A stretch of 64,000 nt of DNA from Anaerovorax odorimutans. Lineage in GTDB: Bacteria > Bacillota > Clostridia > Peptostreptococcales > JAAYPU01. The position numbers and the translations under genes were made by a program. Position 1 is the stretch's first letter. Each line of letters starts with the position of its first letter. Where the stretch lies: NCBI GenBank assembly GCA_016841185.1, contig JAENZQ010000017.1:6121-70120 (forward strand), read 5' to 3'. This document shows, in pieces, positions 7,780-16,571 of the stretch. A model generated the notes under the pieces. The model saw only the letters and a list, made by a program, of their open reading frames with translations. It made no database searches and had not been told where the DNA came from.

Positions 7780-9027
7780 TTGAATCAATATTTGATGGCC
7801 GTACCAGGCAAACGCCAAATAAGCGGCGATGATAAAATATTTGGCATCAACAAAGCTGCCCATGATATGGCAGCAGAGGTAGGTTCCGAAAATGTAGTCA
7901 ATGCTACTATTGGGGCTTTGTTGGATGATGAAGGTACTTTGATGGTGATGCCAAGCATTATAGACATATATAGAAGTCTATCACCTCTTGAAATATCTGA
8001 GTACGCACCCATTGCCGGCGTACCGTCTTTTTTGAAAAATGTCAGGACTGCTGTTTTTGGCTCTCATATTCCCGAAGGGTATACGGAAGCAATTGCTACT
8101 CCCGGCGGTACCGGAGCAATCCGCAACACGATACAGAATTATTCTTCTATGGGTGAGGCCGTGTTGACTACCGACTGGTTCTGGAGCCCTTATAAAACCA
8201 TTTCTGATGAATTGAATAGAAAAATTGAAACCTTTACCATGTTTGATGAATGCAAAAATCTAAATATAGAAGCTTTTGAATCAAAAGTAAATACGCTCTT
8301 AAAAAAACAATCTCACCTCGTTATCTTATTTAATGCACCTGCCCACAATCCTACAGGATTTACTCCGGAGCATCATGAGTGGGACGCATTGTTAGACGTT
8401 GTGAAAAAAGAAGCAAAAGACTTTGAAAAGAAAATAACCTTATTTATTGATGCCGCTTATATTGATTTTGCCGGTGATCCTGATTCCAGCAGAGCATTTT
8501 TTTCAAAATTTTCAAATCTTCCTGAAAATATTCTGGTTATTGTTGCATTCAGTATGTCCAAAGGATATACTTTGTACGGCATGAGAAGCGGTGCTATGGT
8601 ATGTGTCACACCGAAGAAAGCCATTGCAGAAGAGTTTAGAACAGTTAATATGTATTCCAATAGGGGCACCTGGTCCAACGGAACTCGTCCGGCCATGATG
8701 ATATTAAGTAAAATATTTGAAGATCCTCAGCTCTTTAGAAAAGTGGCTGACGAAAGAGCTTCTTTCAGGAGTGTTCTGGAAAGAAGAGCTGCTGTTTTTC
8801 TGGATTATGCACAAAAATCCAGTTTAGAAATGTGTCCTTATAAATCCGGTTTTTTTATGACCATCCCATGTGATCATGCGGAAGCAGTGGGAAAAGAACT
8901 TCAAAAAGATGCTATTTTTATTGTTCCAATAGGAAAAGGACTCCGATTTGCTGTTTCGGCGGTGTCTGAAGAAAAATGCAGGATTGTCCCTGAGAAAATC
9001 GCTGCAGCCATAGGTAAATGTAAATAA
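7780..9027 (+). CDS. Class I aminotransferase, AspC/TyrB (aspartate/aromatic) type
   Basis: PLP-lysine context SMSKGYTLYGMRSGA, plus ATPGGTGA and NAPAHNPTG. AGGAGG then 7 nt then TTG 7780 (ATG 7795 is an alternative; track start 7723 is unlikely). Confidence 0.85.
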   Translation: MNQYLMAVPGKRQISGDDKIFGINKAAHDMAAEVGSENVVNATIGALLDDEGTLMVMPSIIDIYRSLSPLEISEYAPIAGVPSFLKNVRTAVFGSHIPEGYTEAIATPGGTGAIRNTIQNYSSMGEAVLTTDWFWSPYKTISDELNRKIETFTMFDECKNLNIEAFESKVNTLLKKQSHLVILFNAPAHNPTGFTPEHHEWDALLDVVKKEAKDFEKKITLFIDAAYIDFAGDPDSSRAFFSKFSNLPENILVIVAFSMSKGYTLYGMRSGAMVCVTPKKAIAEEFRTVNMYSNRGTWSNGTRPAMMILSKIFEDPQLFRKVADERASFRSVLERRAAVFLDYAQKSSLEMCPYKSGFFMTIPCDHAEAVGKELQKDAIFIVPIGKGLRFAVSAVSEEKCRIVPEKIAAAIGKCK

Positions 9028-9059
9028 TTTGTCCGGACAATCTAAAATAGTTTTTTGCG

Positions 9060-9093
9060 GCATCAATCGTTAAATAACGGTTGATGCTTTTTT
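9060..9093 (+). terminator. Rho-independent terminator after the aminotransferase
   Basis: GCATCAATCG-TTAAATAA-CGGTTGATGC followed by TTTTTT. Confidence 0.75.
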
Positions 9094-9183
9094 ATTGCCG
9101 GTTTTTAAATTTTGAATAATTAAGGTTGTCTTTTTTCCAATTTCAAATCATAGAATTTAATGAATAAAAAAATTAGAAAAAAT

Positions 9184-9212
9184 TTGCAATTATATTAAAG
9201 TTCGTGTATAAT
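9184..9212 (+). promoter_or_regulatory. Candidate sigma-A promoter, would give a ~430-nt leader
   Basis: TTGCAA - 17 nt - TATAAT in an otherwise gene-free 590-bp AT-rich region. Confidence 0.4.
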
Positions 9213-9641
9213 GATAATTAATTAACAAACAATGATTGAGACATTTCTAATTTATCAATATTTTTTAATCTTAATTTTCTAAATATTCTACATATTTTTA
9301 GTAATTAAATTAATTATTGATACGTTCTTTTCTTAATAATTATCTATCTAAATGCTTTAAAAACCCCAACTATTTATCTATGTCCGAATAGCTGTTAATT
9401 TTTATTAAAAACTTAATGATCATTTACAGCTATAGGAATACATGAATTCTTAGCTTGAGGTGAAACCCAAACCCCGGCTTGGAAATCGCCCGCCTGATAA
9501 CCTTACAGTTTTTATTTCGTCATTTTACTTTAAAAATTGTCGTTATCAGGAAATGTTTCTACCTATCAATTTTCTTGATAATGGAAACGTTTACAATACT
9601 TTATTATCCCAAGTACATTGAAAAAGAGAGGTGATTTAATC

Positions 9642-10154
9642 ATGAGAGAATCATCACAATGTTGCTGTGATGAAAGCCTTGAGGAAAAATTGAAGCATGT
9701 AGAAAGAATCATTGATGACTTTATAAAAGAAGATGCTAATCTCATTCAGATTCTACATACCGTTCAGAATGTCCATGGTGCTATTCCTCTGGAAATTCAG
9801 CAAATGATTTCCCAGAAAACCGGAATTCCTTTATCGGAAATATCCGGTGTCATCAGTTTCTACTCTTTCTTCTCTACAAAGTTAAAAGGCAAGCACATTA
9901 TAAAAGTTTGCATGGGTACTGCCTGCTATGTCAGGGGCGGGAAAAAAATTGTCGATAGACTTCAGGAGATGCTCAATGTGGAAATTGGTGATACCACTGA
10001 AGATGGGTTGTTCACGTTGGAAGTTGTCCGATGTATGGGTGCATGCGGTCTTGCTCCGGCAATCTCCATTGACAATAAGGTATTTAAGCAGGTCAATCCT
10101 GATAAGCTCCATACCCTCTTAAGCAAATATTATCCAAAGGAGGGACAGCAATGA
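9642..10154 (+). CDS. NuoE/HydC-like [2Fe-2S] thioredoxin-like subunit (StnA-like)
   Basis: Motifs KVCMGTACYVRGG and VRCMGACGLAP. GAGAGGTG SD before ATG 9642. Stop overlaps the next start (ATGA). Confidence 0.9.
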   Translation: MRESSQCCCDESLEEKLKHVERIIDDFIKEDANLIQILHTVQNVHGAIPLEIQQMISQKTGIPLSEISGVISFYSFFSTKLKGKHIIKVCMGTACYVRGGKKIVDRLQEMLNVEIGDTTEDGLFTLEVVRCMGACGLAPAISIDNKVFKQVNPDKLHTLLSKYYPKEGQQ

Positions 10155-13100
10155 AAAAAATCAATTCTTTAGACGCGTTAAAGCTTATTGCAGAGGATGT
10201 AAAGAAAAAAGAAAATAAGTATGAATACATTCTCCATATCTGCTTTGGTGCAGGCTGTGTTTCTTCCGGCAGTGAGGAAATAGCAGATGCCCTCGGAGAA
10301 GCCCTTGTTAAGCATGGTATACGTGAAAAAGTACTCCTTCGAAGAACAGGCTGTATCGGTGCCTGCGATAAAGGGCCGTCTCTTTATATCACACCAGGCG
10401 ACACCTACTATACAAATCTATTACCGGAAGATATGGAAAGAATCGTCTCCGAGCACTTAATCGGAAAAAAAGTGGTAGAGGAGAAATGTTATTTTGATTT
10501 GAACAGCAAACAACATATTACTAAAATAAATAAGATTCCTTTCTACAGTAGACAAACTAAAATTGTATTAAATAACTGCGGCATTATTGATTTCTCATCT
10601 ATTGAAGAATATATTGCAAAGGGTGGATACAAAGGCCTTGCAAAGGCCCTGTTTGAAATGACTCCGGAAAAAGTTGTCCAAGAAGTAAAGGAATCCGGTC
10701 TCAGAGGCAGAGGAGGCGGCGGTTTTCCCGCCGGTATCAAATTAGAACTGGCATTTAAGGAAAAGAATTCCGAAAAGTATATGGTCTGTAATGCAGATGA
10801 AGGGGATCCGGGTGCTTTTATGGATCGTGCTCTTTTGGAAGGAGATCCACATGCCGTCTTAGAAGGTATGTTATTGGCCGGCTATGCTATCGGGGCTGCC
10901 AAAGGGTTTATTTATGTTCGTGCCGAATATCCCCTGGCGATAGAAAGAATTGAACTGGCCATTCAACAAGCTCGAGAATATGGCGTCTTAGGAAATAAGA
11001 TAATGGATACCGGCTTTTCCTTTGATATAGAAATCAGAATCGGTGCCGGCGCCTTTGTATGCGGCGAGGAAACCGCTCTAATAAATTCAATTGAAGGAAA
11101 ACGGGGCGAACCGCGTCAAAAACCGCCTTTTCCAAGTAGCAGCGGTATTTATGAAAAGCCTACGGTTATTGATAATGTAGAAACACTGGCGAATATCTCT
11201 AAAATATTAATCAACGACGCCAAGTGGTTTCAACAATTTGGTACTGAAGAAAACAGGGGGACAAAGATATTTGCCCTGGCAGGTGCCGTAAAAAACACAG
11301 GAATTGTAGAAGTTCCTATGGGCACTACTTTAGGAGAAGTGCTTTTTGATATCGGCGGGGGAACTAAAAACAATAAAAAATTTAAGGCATCTCAAACCGG
11401 CGGCCCATCAGGAGGGTGTTTAACATCGGAACATTTGAATACGGAAATTGATTATGATTCTTTGAAATCATTGGGCACCATAATGGGATCCGGCGGACTC
11501 ATCAGCATGGATGAAGATAACTGTATGGTGGATGTAGCCAGATATTTTATGGAATTTGTAAAGGAAGAATCCTGCGGAAAATGCCTGCCTTGCCGTGTAG
11601 GAACTACAAGAATGCTTGAAATTCTCGAAAGAATCACCAGAGGTGAAGGTGAAGAAGGCGATATAGAAAAGCTTATGGAATTGGGAGAAAATATCAAAGA
11701 ATCTGCTTTATGCGGACTGGGTCAAACAGCCCCCAATCCTGTTCTCAGCACCATCAGGTGGTTCCGTGACGAATATGAAGAACATATCAAGCTGAAATAC
11801 TGTCGCGCAGGTATATGTCAGGATCTTATGATTTCACCTTGTGAAAATGCATGTCCCGCAGGTGTCAATGTTCCCGGTTATGTTGCACTTATCGCAGCGA
11901 ATCGTGTAAGAGATGCCTACAATCTTATTAGGCAGGATAATCCTTTTCCGGCAGTCTGCGGAAGAGTCTGTACCCATCCCTGCGAATCAAAATGCCGCAG
12001 AGGACAGGTGGATGAGCCCATTGCCATTTCTGCATTGAAACGATATGCTGCAGATATCATATTAGGTCTGGACGAACCTTTCCAGGAAGAAAAAATTCCT
12101 CTCAAAGATAAAAGTGTCGGCATCATTGGCGGCGGTCCTTCAGGTCTTACAGCAGGCTATCATCTTGCCAGATTGGGCTATGACGTTACGGTATATGAAG
12201 CTGCGGATAAAGCAGGCGGATGTCTGACCTTAACCATTCCGGAATACAGACTCCCCAGAGATATTCTTCACAAAGAGATAAAAGCTATTGAACAGGTAGG
12301 TGTCAAGATCTTAAGAAATATGCGTGTGGGAAAAGATATTGCTTTTGATGAGGTCAAAAGACGCCATAACGCTGTTTATATTGCCACAGGAACTCATATT
12401 GCACGGAAAATGGGCATAGAAGGCGAAAACCTGTCAGGAGTTTATCCGGGATTTGAAATTTTGCAAATGCCAAAAGATCAAATCAAATCCATTGTTGAAG
12501 GTAAAAAAATTGCCGTTATCGGTGGCGGAAATACCGGCATTGATGTAGCACGTGTAGCAATCAGACTGGGAGCAAAAAAAGTGGAAATCGTCTATAGAAG
12601 AAACATAGAAAATATGCCTGCCGACTCTATGGAAATCGAAGAAGCACAGCGTGAAGGCATTGTCATTCATACCATGGTAACGCCTGTTTCGATTATCGGA
12701 AAACGAAGTGTTGAAAAACTCAGGCTTATACGGCTTGAACCCGGAAAATTCGATTACACTTCCAGAAAAGTAAGCGTTCCCATAAAGGGTTCCGAATTTG
12801 AAATAGATGAAGATATTATCATACCCACCATCCGTCAAAATGAAGATTTATCTTTTATGGGACTTGGAAACGGAGATACGCTTAATCTTCAAAATGTAAG
12901 AAAAAGCACCAACAGCTCCATGACGAATATTGAAGGGGTTTTTGCCGGGGGCGACGTGCTCCAAATGAATAATACGGTCATACATGCTATTGCAGACGGA
13001 AAAAATGCTGCAATAGATATTGACCTCTATTTAGGAGGAAAGGGTATTTTGAATAAAGGGAAGGAAATCGAAATACCAAAACCTGATGAGGATCAAGACC

Positions 13101-13240
13101 TTGCAGAGCATAAAAGATTTACCTTCAAAAGTCTTCCTTTGGAAGAACGTCAGAATAATTTCAACGAAGTTTTCAGTAGATACGATAAACTGAGCGCCAT
13201 TGCCGAAGCAATGCGGTGCCTCAGATGTGATAGGCGATAG
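10151..13240 (+). CDS. NuoF/HydB-like NADH-FMN-FeS subunit fused to a GltD/NfnB-like FAD/NAD(P)H module (StnB-like)
   Basis: Trx-like 2Fe-2S (CFGAGCVSSG...GCIGACDKGP). NuoF core (GLRGRGGGGFPAG, ESCGKCLPCRVG, ALCGLGQTAPNP). GltD part (CPAGVNVPGY, CGRVCTHPCESKC, IIGGGPSGL, VIGGGNTGIDVA, GVFAGGD). Confidence 0.9.
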   Translation: MKKINSLDALKLIAEDVKKKENKYEYILHICFGAGCVSSGSEEIADALGEALVKHGIREKVLLRRTGCIGACDKGPSLYITPGDTYYTNLLPEDMERIVSEHLIGKKVVEEKCYFDLNSKQHITKINKIPFYSRQTKIVLNNCGIIDFSSIEEYIAKGGYKGLAKALFEMTPEKVVQEVKESGLRGRGGGGFPAGIKLELAFKEKNSEKYMVCNADEGDPGAFMDRALLEGDPHAVLEGMLLAGYAIGAAKGFIYVRAEYPLAIERIELAIQQAREYGVLGNKIMDTGFSFDIEIRIGAGAFVCGEETALINSIEGKRGEPRQKPPFPSSSGIYEKPTVIDNVETLANISKILINDAKWFQQFGTEENRGTKIFALAGAVKNTGIVEVPMGTTLGEVLFDIGGGTKNNKKFKASQTGGPSGGCLTSEHLNTEIDYDSLKSLGTIMGSGGLISMDEDNCMVDVARYFMEFVKEESCGKCLPCRVGTTRMLEILERITRGEGEEGDIEKLMELGENIKESALCGLGQTAPNPVLSTIRWFRDEYEEHIKLKYCRAGICQDLMISPCENACPAGVNVPGYVALIAANRVRDAYNLIRQDNPFPAVCGRVCTHPCESKCRRGQVDEPIAISALKRYAADIILGLDEPFQEEKIPLKDKSVGIIGGGPSGLTAGYHLARLGYDVTVYEAADKAGGCLTLTIPEYRLPRDILHKEIKAIEQVGVKILRNMRVGKDIAFDEVKRRHNAVYIATGTHIARKMGIEGENLSGVYPGFEILQMPKDQIKSIVEGKKIAVIGGGNTGIDVARVAIRLGAKKVEIVYRRNIENMPADSMEIEEAQREGIVIHTMVTPVSIIGKRSVEKLRLIRLEPGKFDYTSRKVSVPIKGSEFEIDEDIIIPTIRQNEDLSFMGLGNGDTLNLQNVRKSTNSSMTNIEGVFAGGDVLQMNNTVIHAIADGKNAAIDIDLYLGGKGILNKGKEIEIPKPDEDQDLAEHKRFTFKSLPLEERQNNFNEVFSRYDKLSAIAEAMRCLRCDRR

Positions 13241-13251
13241 GAGGTGATACA

Positions 13252-15030
13252 GTGAAGAGTGTAAATATTAATATTAACGGACTGTCTTTTCAGGCTGAAG
13301 AAAATGATACGATCCTTGAAGCTGCCAGAAAAAACGGCATTATTATTCCCAGTTTATGCCACCTTGAAGGTGTTCACGAAGGAGGTTATTGCAGGATCTG
13401 TGTCGTTGAAGTTGAAGGAGAAAGAAATCTAAGAACTTCATGCAATACAAAAGTACGGGAAGGCATGATCATTCGAACCAATACACCTAAAGTCAAGAAA
13501 GTAAGAAAAATCGTTTATGAAATGATGCTGTCCAATCATCCTAAAGATTGCTTAAATTGTTCCAGAAATCAGCATTGTGAGTTTCAGAGCTTAGGTGAAC
13601 TGATCCAGATAGACGAAGACCGTTTTACGGGGGCACTTTCCAATACATATATAGATACTTCAAATCCTGCTATAGAAAGAGATTTGTCCAAATGTATTTT
13701 ATGCAGAAGATGCATTACCATTTGCAATGAAGTTCAGGGTGTAGGCGCCATCAATGTCCAAAACAGAGGTTTTTCTTCATTTGTAGGTCCTCCCGAAACC
13801 TTAAATCTCAATGATGTCAATTGTGTGTTATGCGGGCAATGCACCACTGTCTGTCCGGTCAATGCCTTGAAAGAAAAAGATTCCATTGAAGCTGTTAAAA
13901 ATGCCCTTAACGATCCGACTAAAAGAGTTATCGTTCAAACAGCTCCGGCAATTCGTGCAGCTTTGGGAGAGGAGTTCGGGTATGAACCGGGAACTCTGGT
14001 AACGGGAAAAATGACAACTGCTTTACGCCTTATGGGTTTTGATGATGTCTTTGATACCAATTTTGCTGCAGACCTGACCATCATGGAAGAAGGAACTGAA
14101 TTCCTCGGAAGGGTCAAAAAGACATTGACTAAAGAGCCGGTAAAACTTCCAATGATAACAAGCTGCAGTCCCGGTTGGATCAAGTATATCGAGCATACTT
14201 TCCCGGATCTGCTTACACACATTTCTACCTGTAAATCTCCCCATATGATGCTTGGGGCCGTAGCAAAAAGTTATTATGCCAATATCATCAACGAAAAGCC
14301 AGAAAATATGTATGTGGTTTCTGTTATGCCATGTACGGCTAAAAAATATGAATGTACCCGGGAAGAAATGATCAATGATGTGGATGCAGTTCTTACCACC
14401 CGTGAATTAGCAAGGATGATAAAAGATTATGGTATTGACTTTGTTAATTTGAAGGAAGAAAAATTTGATGACCTAATGGGCTTTTCCTCCGGTGCAGCCG
14501 ACATCTTTGCAAATACAGGCGGGGTTATGGAAGCAGCCGTTAGAACGGTATATGAAATAATAACTGGAAGAGAAATTCCTTTTGATAACCTTCATATCAA
14601 ACCCATTATGGGTCTTGAGTCCATTAAAGAAGGGGCTCTTACCATTGAAAACCCGACAGAAGACTGGAAAGCTCTTGAAGGTATGGAGGTTAAGATTGCT
14701 GTTGCCAGCGGACTTAGATCTGCCAAAAAATTACTTCAAGAAGTTCAGGAAGGAAAGTCTCCATATCATTTTATCGAAATCATGGCCTGCCCGGGCGGAT
14801 GTATCAGCGGCGGAGGTCAGCCAAGAATGACAACAGATGAAATACGCCAGAAGCGGCTGGAAGCTATCTATCGTGAAGATGAGGGAAAATCCATCAGAAA
14901 GTCACATCTGAATCCGGAAGTCAATAAACTGTACGAAGCTTTCTTAGGCAAGCCAAATGGAGAGCTTTCTCACAAATTACTCCATACCCATTATGTCAAA
15001 AGAGGCACATTCAACGAACTGCTCAAATAG
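13252..15030 (+). CDS. [FeFe]-hydrogenase-like large subunit (HydA/StnC-like) with non-canonical L1 motif
   Basis: 2Fe-2S, His-ligated 4Fe-4S and 2x4Fe-4S N-terminal domains. L1 TSCSPGW (canonical is TSCCPxW), L2 MPCTAKKYE, L3 EIMACPGGCISGGGQP. AGGAGG then 7 nt then GTG 13252. Confidence 0.9.
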   Translation: MKSVNININGLSFQAEENDTILEAARKNGIIIPSLCHLEGVHEGGYCRICVVEVEGERNLRTSCNTKVREGMIIRTNTPKVKKVRKIVYEMMLSNHPKDCLNCSRNQHCEFQSLGELIQIDEDRFTGALSNTYIDTSNPAIERDLSKCILCRRCITICNEVQGVGAINVQNRGFSSFVGPPETLNLNDVNCVLCGQCTTVCPVNALKEKDSIEAVKNALNDPTKRVIVQTAPAIRAALGEEFGYEPGTLVTGKMTTALRLMGFDDVFDTNFAADLTIMEEGTEFLGRVKKTLTKEPVKLPMITSCSPGWIKYIEHTFPDLLTHISTCKSPHMMLGAVAKSYYANIINEKPENMYVVSVMPCTAKKYECTREEMINDVDAVLTTRELARMIKDYGIDFVNLKEEKFDDLMGFSSGAADIFANTGGVMEAAVRTVYEIITGREIPFDNLHIKPIMGLESIKEGALTIENPTEDWKALEGMEVKIAVASGLRSAKKLLQEVQEGKSPYHFIEIMACPGGCISGGGQPRMTTDEIRQKRLEAIYREDEGKSIRKSHLNPEVNKLYEAFLGKPNGELSHKLLHTHYVKRGTFNELLK

Positions 15031-15036
15031 GCAAAG

Positions 15037-15079
15037 AAAAACAGCTTTTGGAAAATGTCCGAAAGCTGTTTTTCGTTTT
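15037..15079 (+). terminator. Rho-independent terminator after the HydA-like gene
   Basis: AAAAACAGCTTT...AAAGCTGTTTTT stem followed by a T-rich tail. Confidence 0.75.
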
Positions 15080-15124
15080 AAAAGTGTAAATGTGAGTATA
15101 ATTCATAGTTCTTTCACTTGACTC

Positions 15125-15145
15125 GGACAGCCACAAGGGCTGTCC
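15125..15145. terminator. GC-rich hairpin between convergent genes
   Basis: GGACAGCC-ACAAG-GGCTGTCC. T-rich tail only on the plus strand. Lies between the HydA-like gene (+) and trmB (-). Confidence 0.4.
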
Positions 15146-15187
15146 CTACTATTTTATCTCTCAGATTTTCTTTTTTTCTGCCTCTTT

Positions 15188-15823
15188 TTAAATCAGTATT
15201 GCTTTACAATAATTAATCTTCATGCCCCAGTTCATAAATTTTTCTTCATACTCAGTCGTAATATTTTCTGCATTTTCCTGGTGTAGATCATTGGTAATGT
15301 CTTCTAATTGAAATCCACAGACCTTGAATTCTTCCAGGGAAAAATTAAATAAGTCTATATTATCCGTTTTGAGTTGTATAATGCCTTTTGGCTTTAATAT
15401 ATGTTTATAAGCTTGGAGAAAATTTCTATGAGTCAGCCGCCTTTTTGCATGCCTGGCTTTGGGCCAAGGATCACTGAAATTAAGGTAAATCCTGCTTATT
15501 TCATTTTCTCCTATATATTCACAAATATCGTCTGCAAATTTCCAGGCACATGCGATATTCGGAAGATTTTTTGCTTCCGCTTTCTCAAGCACTCTCAGCA
15601 AAATACTTCCAATGGGTTCAATGGCAATATAATTGATCCCCGGATTATTTTCCGCCAAAGATGTAATAAACTTTCCTTTTCCACTTCCTATCTCTATATG
15701 TATTTCCGAATCATTATTAAAAAAATGCTGCCATCTTCCTTTATATGTTTCGGGTTCTGTAACTAGAATCCCCGAATAACTTAATACTTTCTCTTTTTCA
15801 TTTTTAACCCGCCGCTGTCTCAC
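15188..15823 (-). CDS. trmB: tRNA (guanine46-N7)-methyltransferase
   Basis: Motifs EIGSGKGKF and NFSDPWPKARHAKRRL. GGAGG then 6 nt then GTG 15823. Confidence 0.9.
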   Translation of the reverse strand: MRQRRVKNEKEKVLSYSGILVTEPETYKGRWQHFFNNDSEIHIEIGSGKGKFITSLAENNPGINYIAIEPIGSILLRVLEKAEAKNLPNIACAWKFADDICEYIGENEISRIYLNFSDPWPKARHAKRRLTHRNFLQAYKHILKPKGIIQLKTDNIDLFNFSLEEFKVCGFQLEDITNDLHQENAENITTEYEEKFMNWGMKINYCKAILI

Positions 15824-15880
15824 ATCATTCCTCCAAAAAAATATTAATAGTCATTGATGAAGAGCAGTTTTCACTGCTCT

Positions 15881-16564
15881 TCATTTTATAATAACTTCCT
15901 GTACATAGTTTTCCAATGTTTGCTTTATTTTATTTAACTCCTTGTGGGTAAATGGCGTATAATTTTTTTTATCATCCAGAAGAGGACCGCTTCTTCTAAA
16001 ATTTTGAATGCAGTAACGCTTAGCATTGTAAATTGTTTGCGCAATCTCAATCAAATCATGTTCCTGCAGTATTTCTTGATGAACAGTCGTACGAAATTCA
16101 TAAAAAATATCCGAATGTTTTATGATATCAATGCTTTTTTCTATTCTCCGCATATCCACAATTACACCTGCCACTTCATGATACCGTGGTAAGGGCGCTT
16201 TCACATCCATGGCAATATAATCTATCAGCTGTTGGCCTATAAGTTCCATAATAATTTCCGGATTTGTACCGTTAGTATCCAGCTTCACCAGAAAACCCAT
16301 TTTTTTTATCTTTTTTATAAAATCCATAAGATCAGAGCTTAAAGTTGGTTCTCCTCCTGAAATACAGACACCGTCCAGATATTTTTTTCTTTTATCCAGA
16401 AATTTAAAAATTTCTCTTTGATCCAAAGCTTGAGCTTTTCCTCTTACCAAATCAGGATTATGACAATACCCGCATTTGAAATTGCATCCTCCGGTAAAAA
16501 GTACCGTGCAGATTTTCCCCGGATAATCGATGAAAGAAGATTTTATCTGTCCAAGTATTTCCAT
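15881..16564 (-). CDS. nrdG: Anaerobic ribonucleoside-triphosphate reductase activating protein (radical SAM)
   Basis: CNFKCGYCHNP cluster motif. Directly downstream of nrdD. Confidence 0.9.
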   Translation of the reverse strand: MEILGQIKSSFIDYPGKICTVLFTGGCNFKCGYCHNPDLVRGKAQALDQREIFKFLDKRKKYLDGVCISGGEPTLSSDLMDFIKKIKKMGFLVKLDTNGTNPEIIMELIGQQLIDYIAMDVKAPLPRYHEVAGVIVDMRRIEKSIDIIKHSDIFYEFRTTVHQEILQEHDLIEIAQTIYNAKRYCIQNFRRSGPLLDDKKNYTPFTHKELNKIKQTLENYVQEVIIK

Positions 16565-16571
16565 TGTATTG

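Noticed and set aside
9457-9502. GC-rich island with CCGCCTG as a ZTP (pfl) or other known riboswitch.
   Set aside because: It shares only a heptamer with the pfl pseudoknot consensus (CCGCCTGGGC). It lacks the GGCGGA and ACCACCGGGGAGC elements. The downstream genes are unrelated to purine or folate metabolism.
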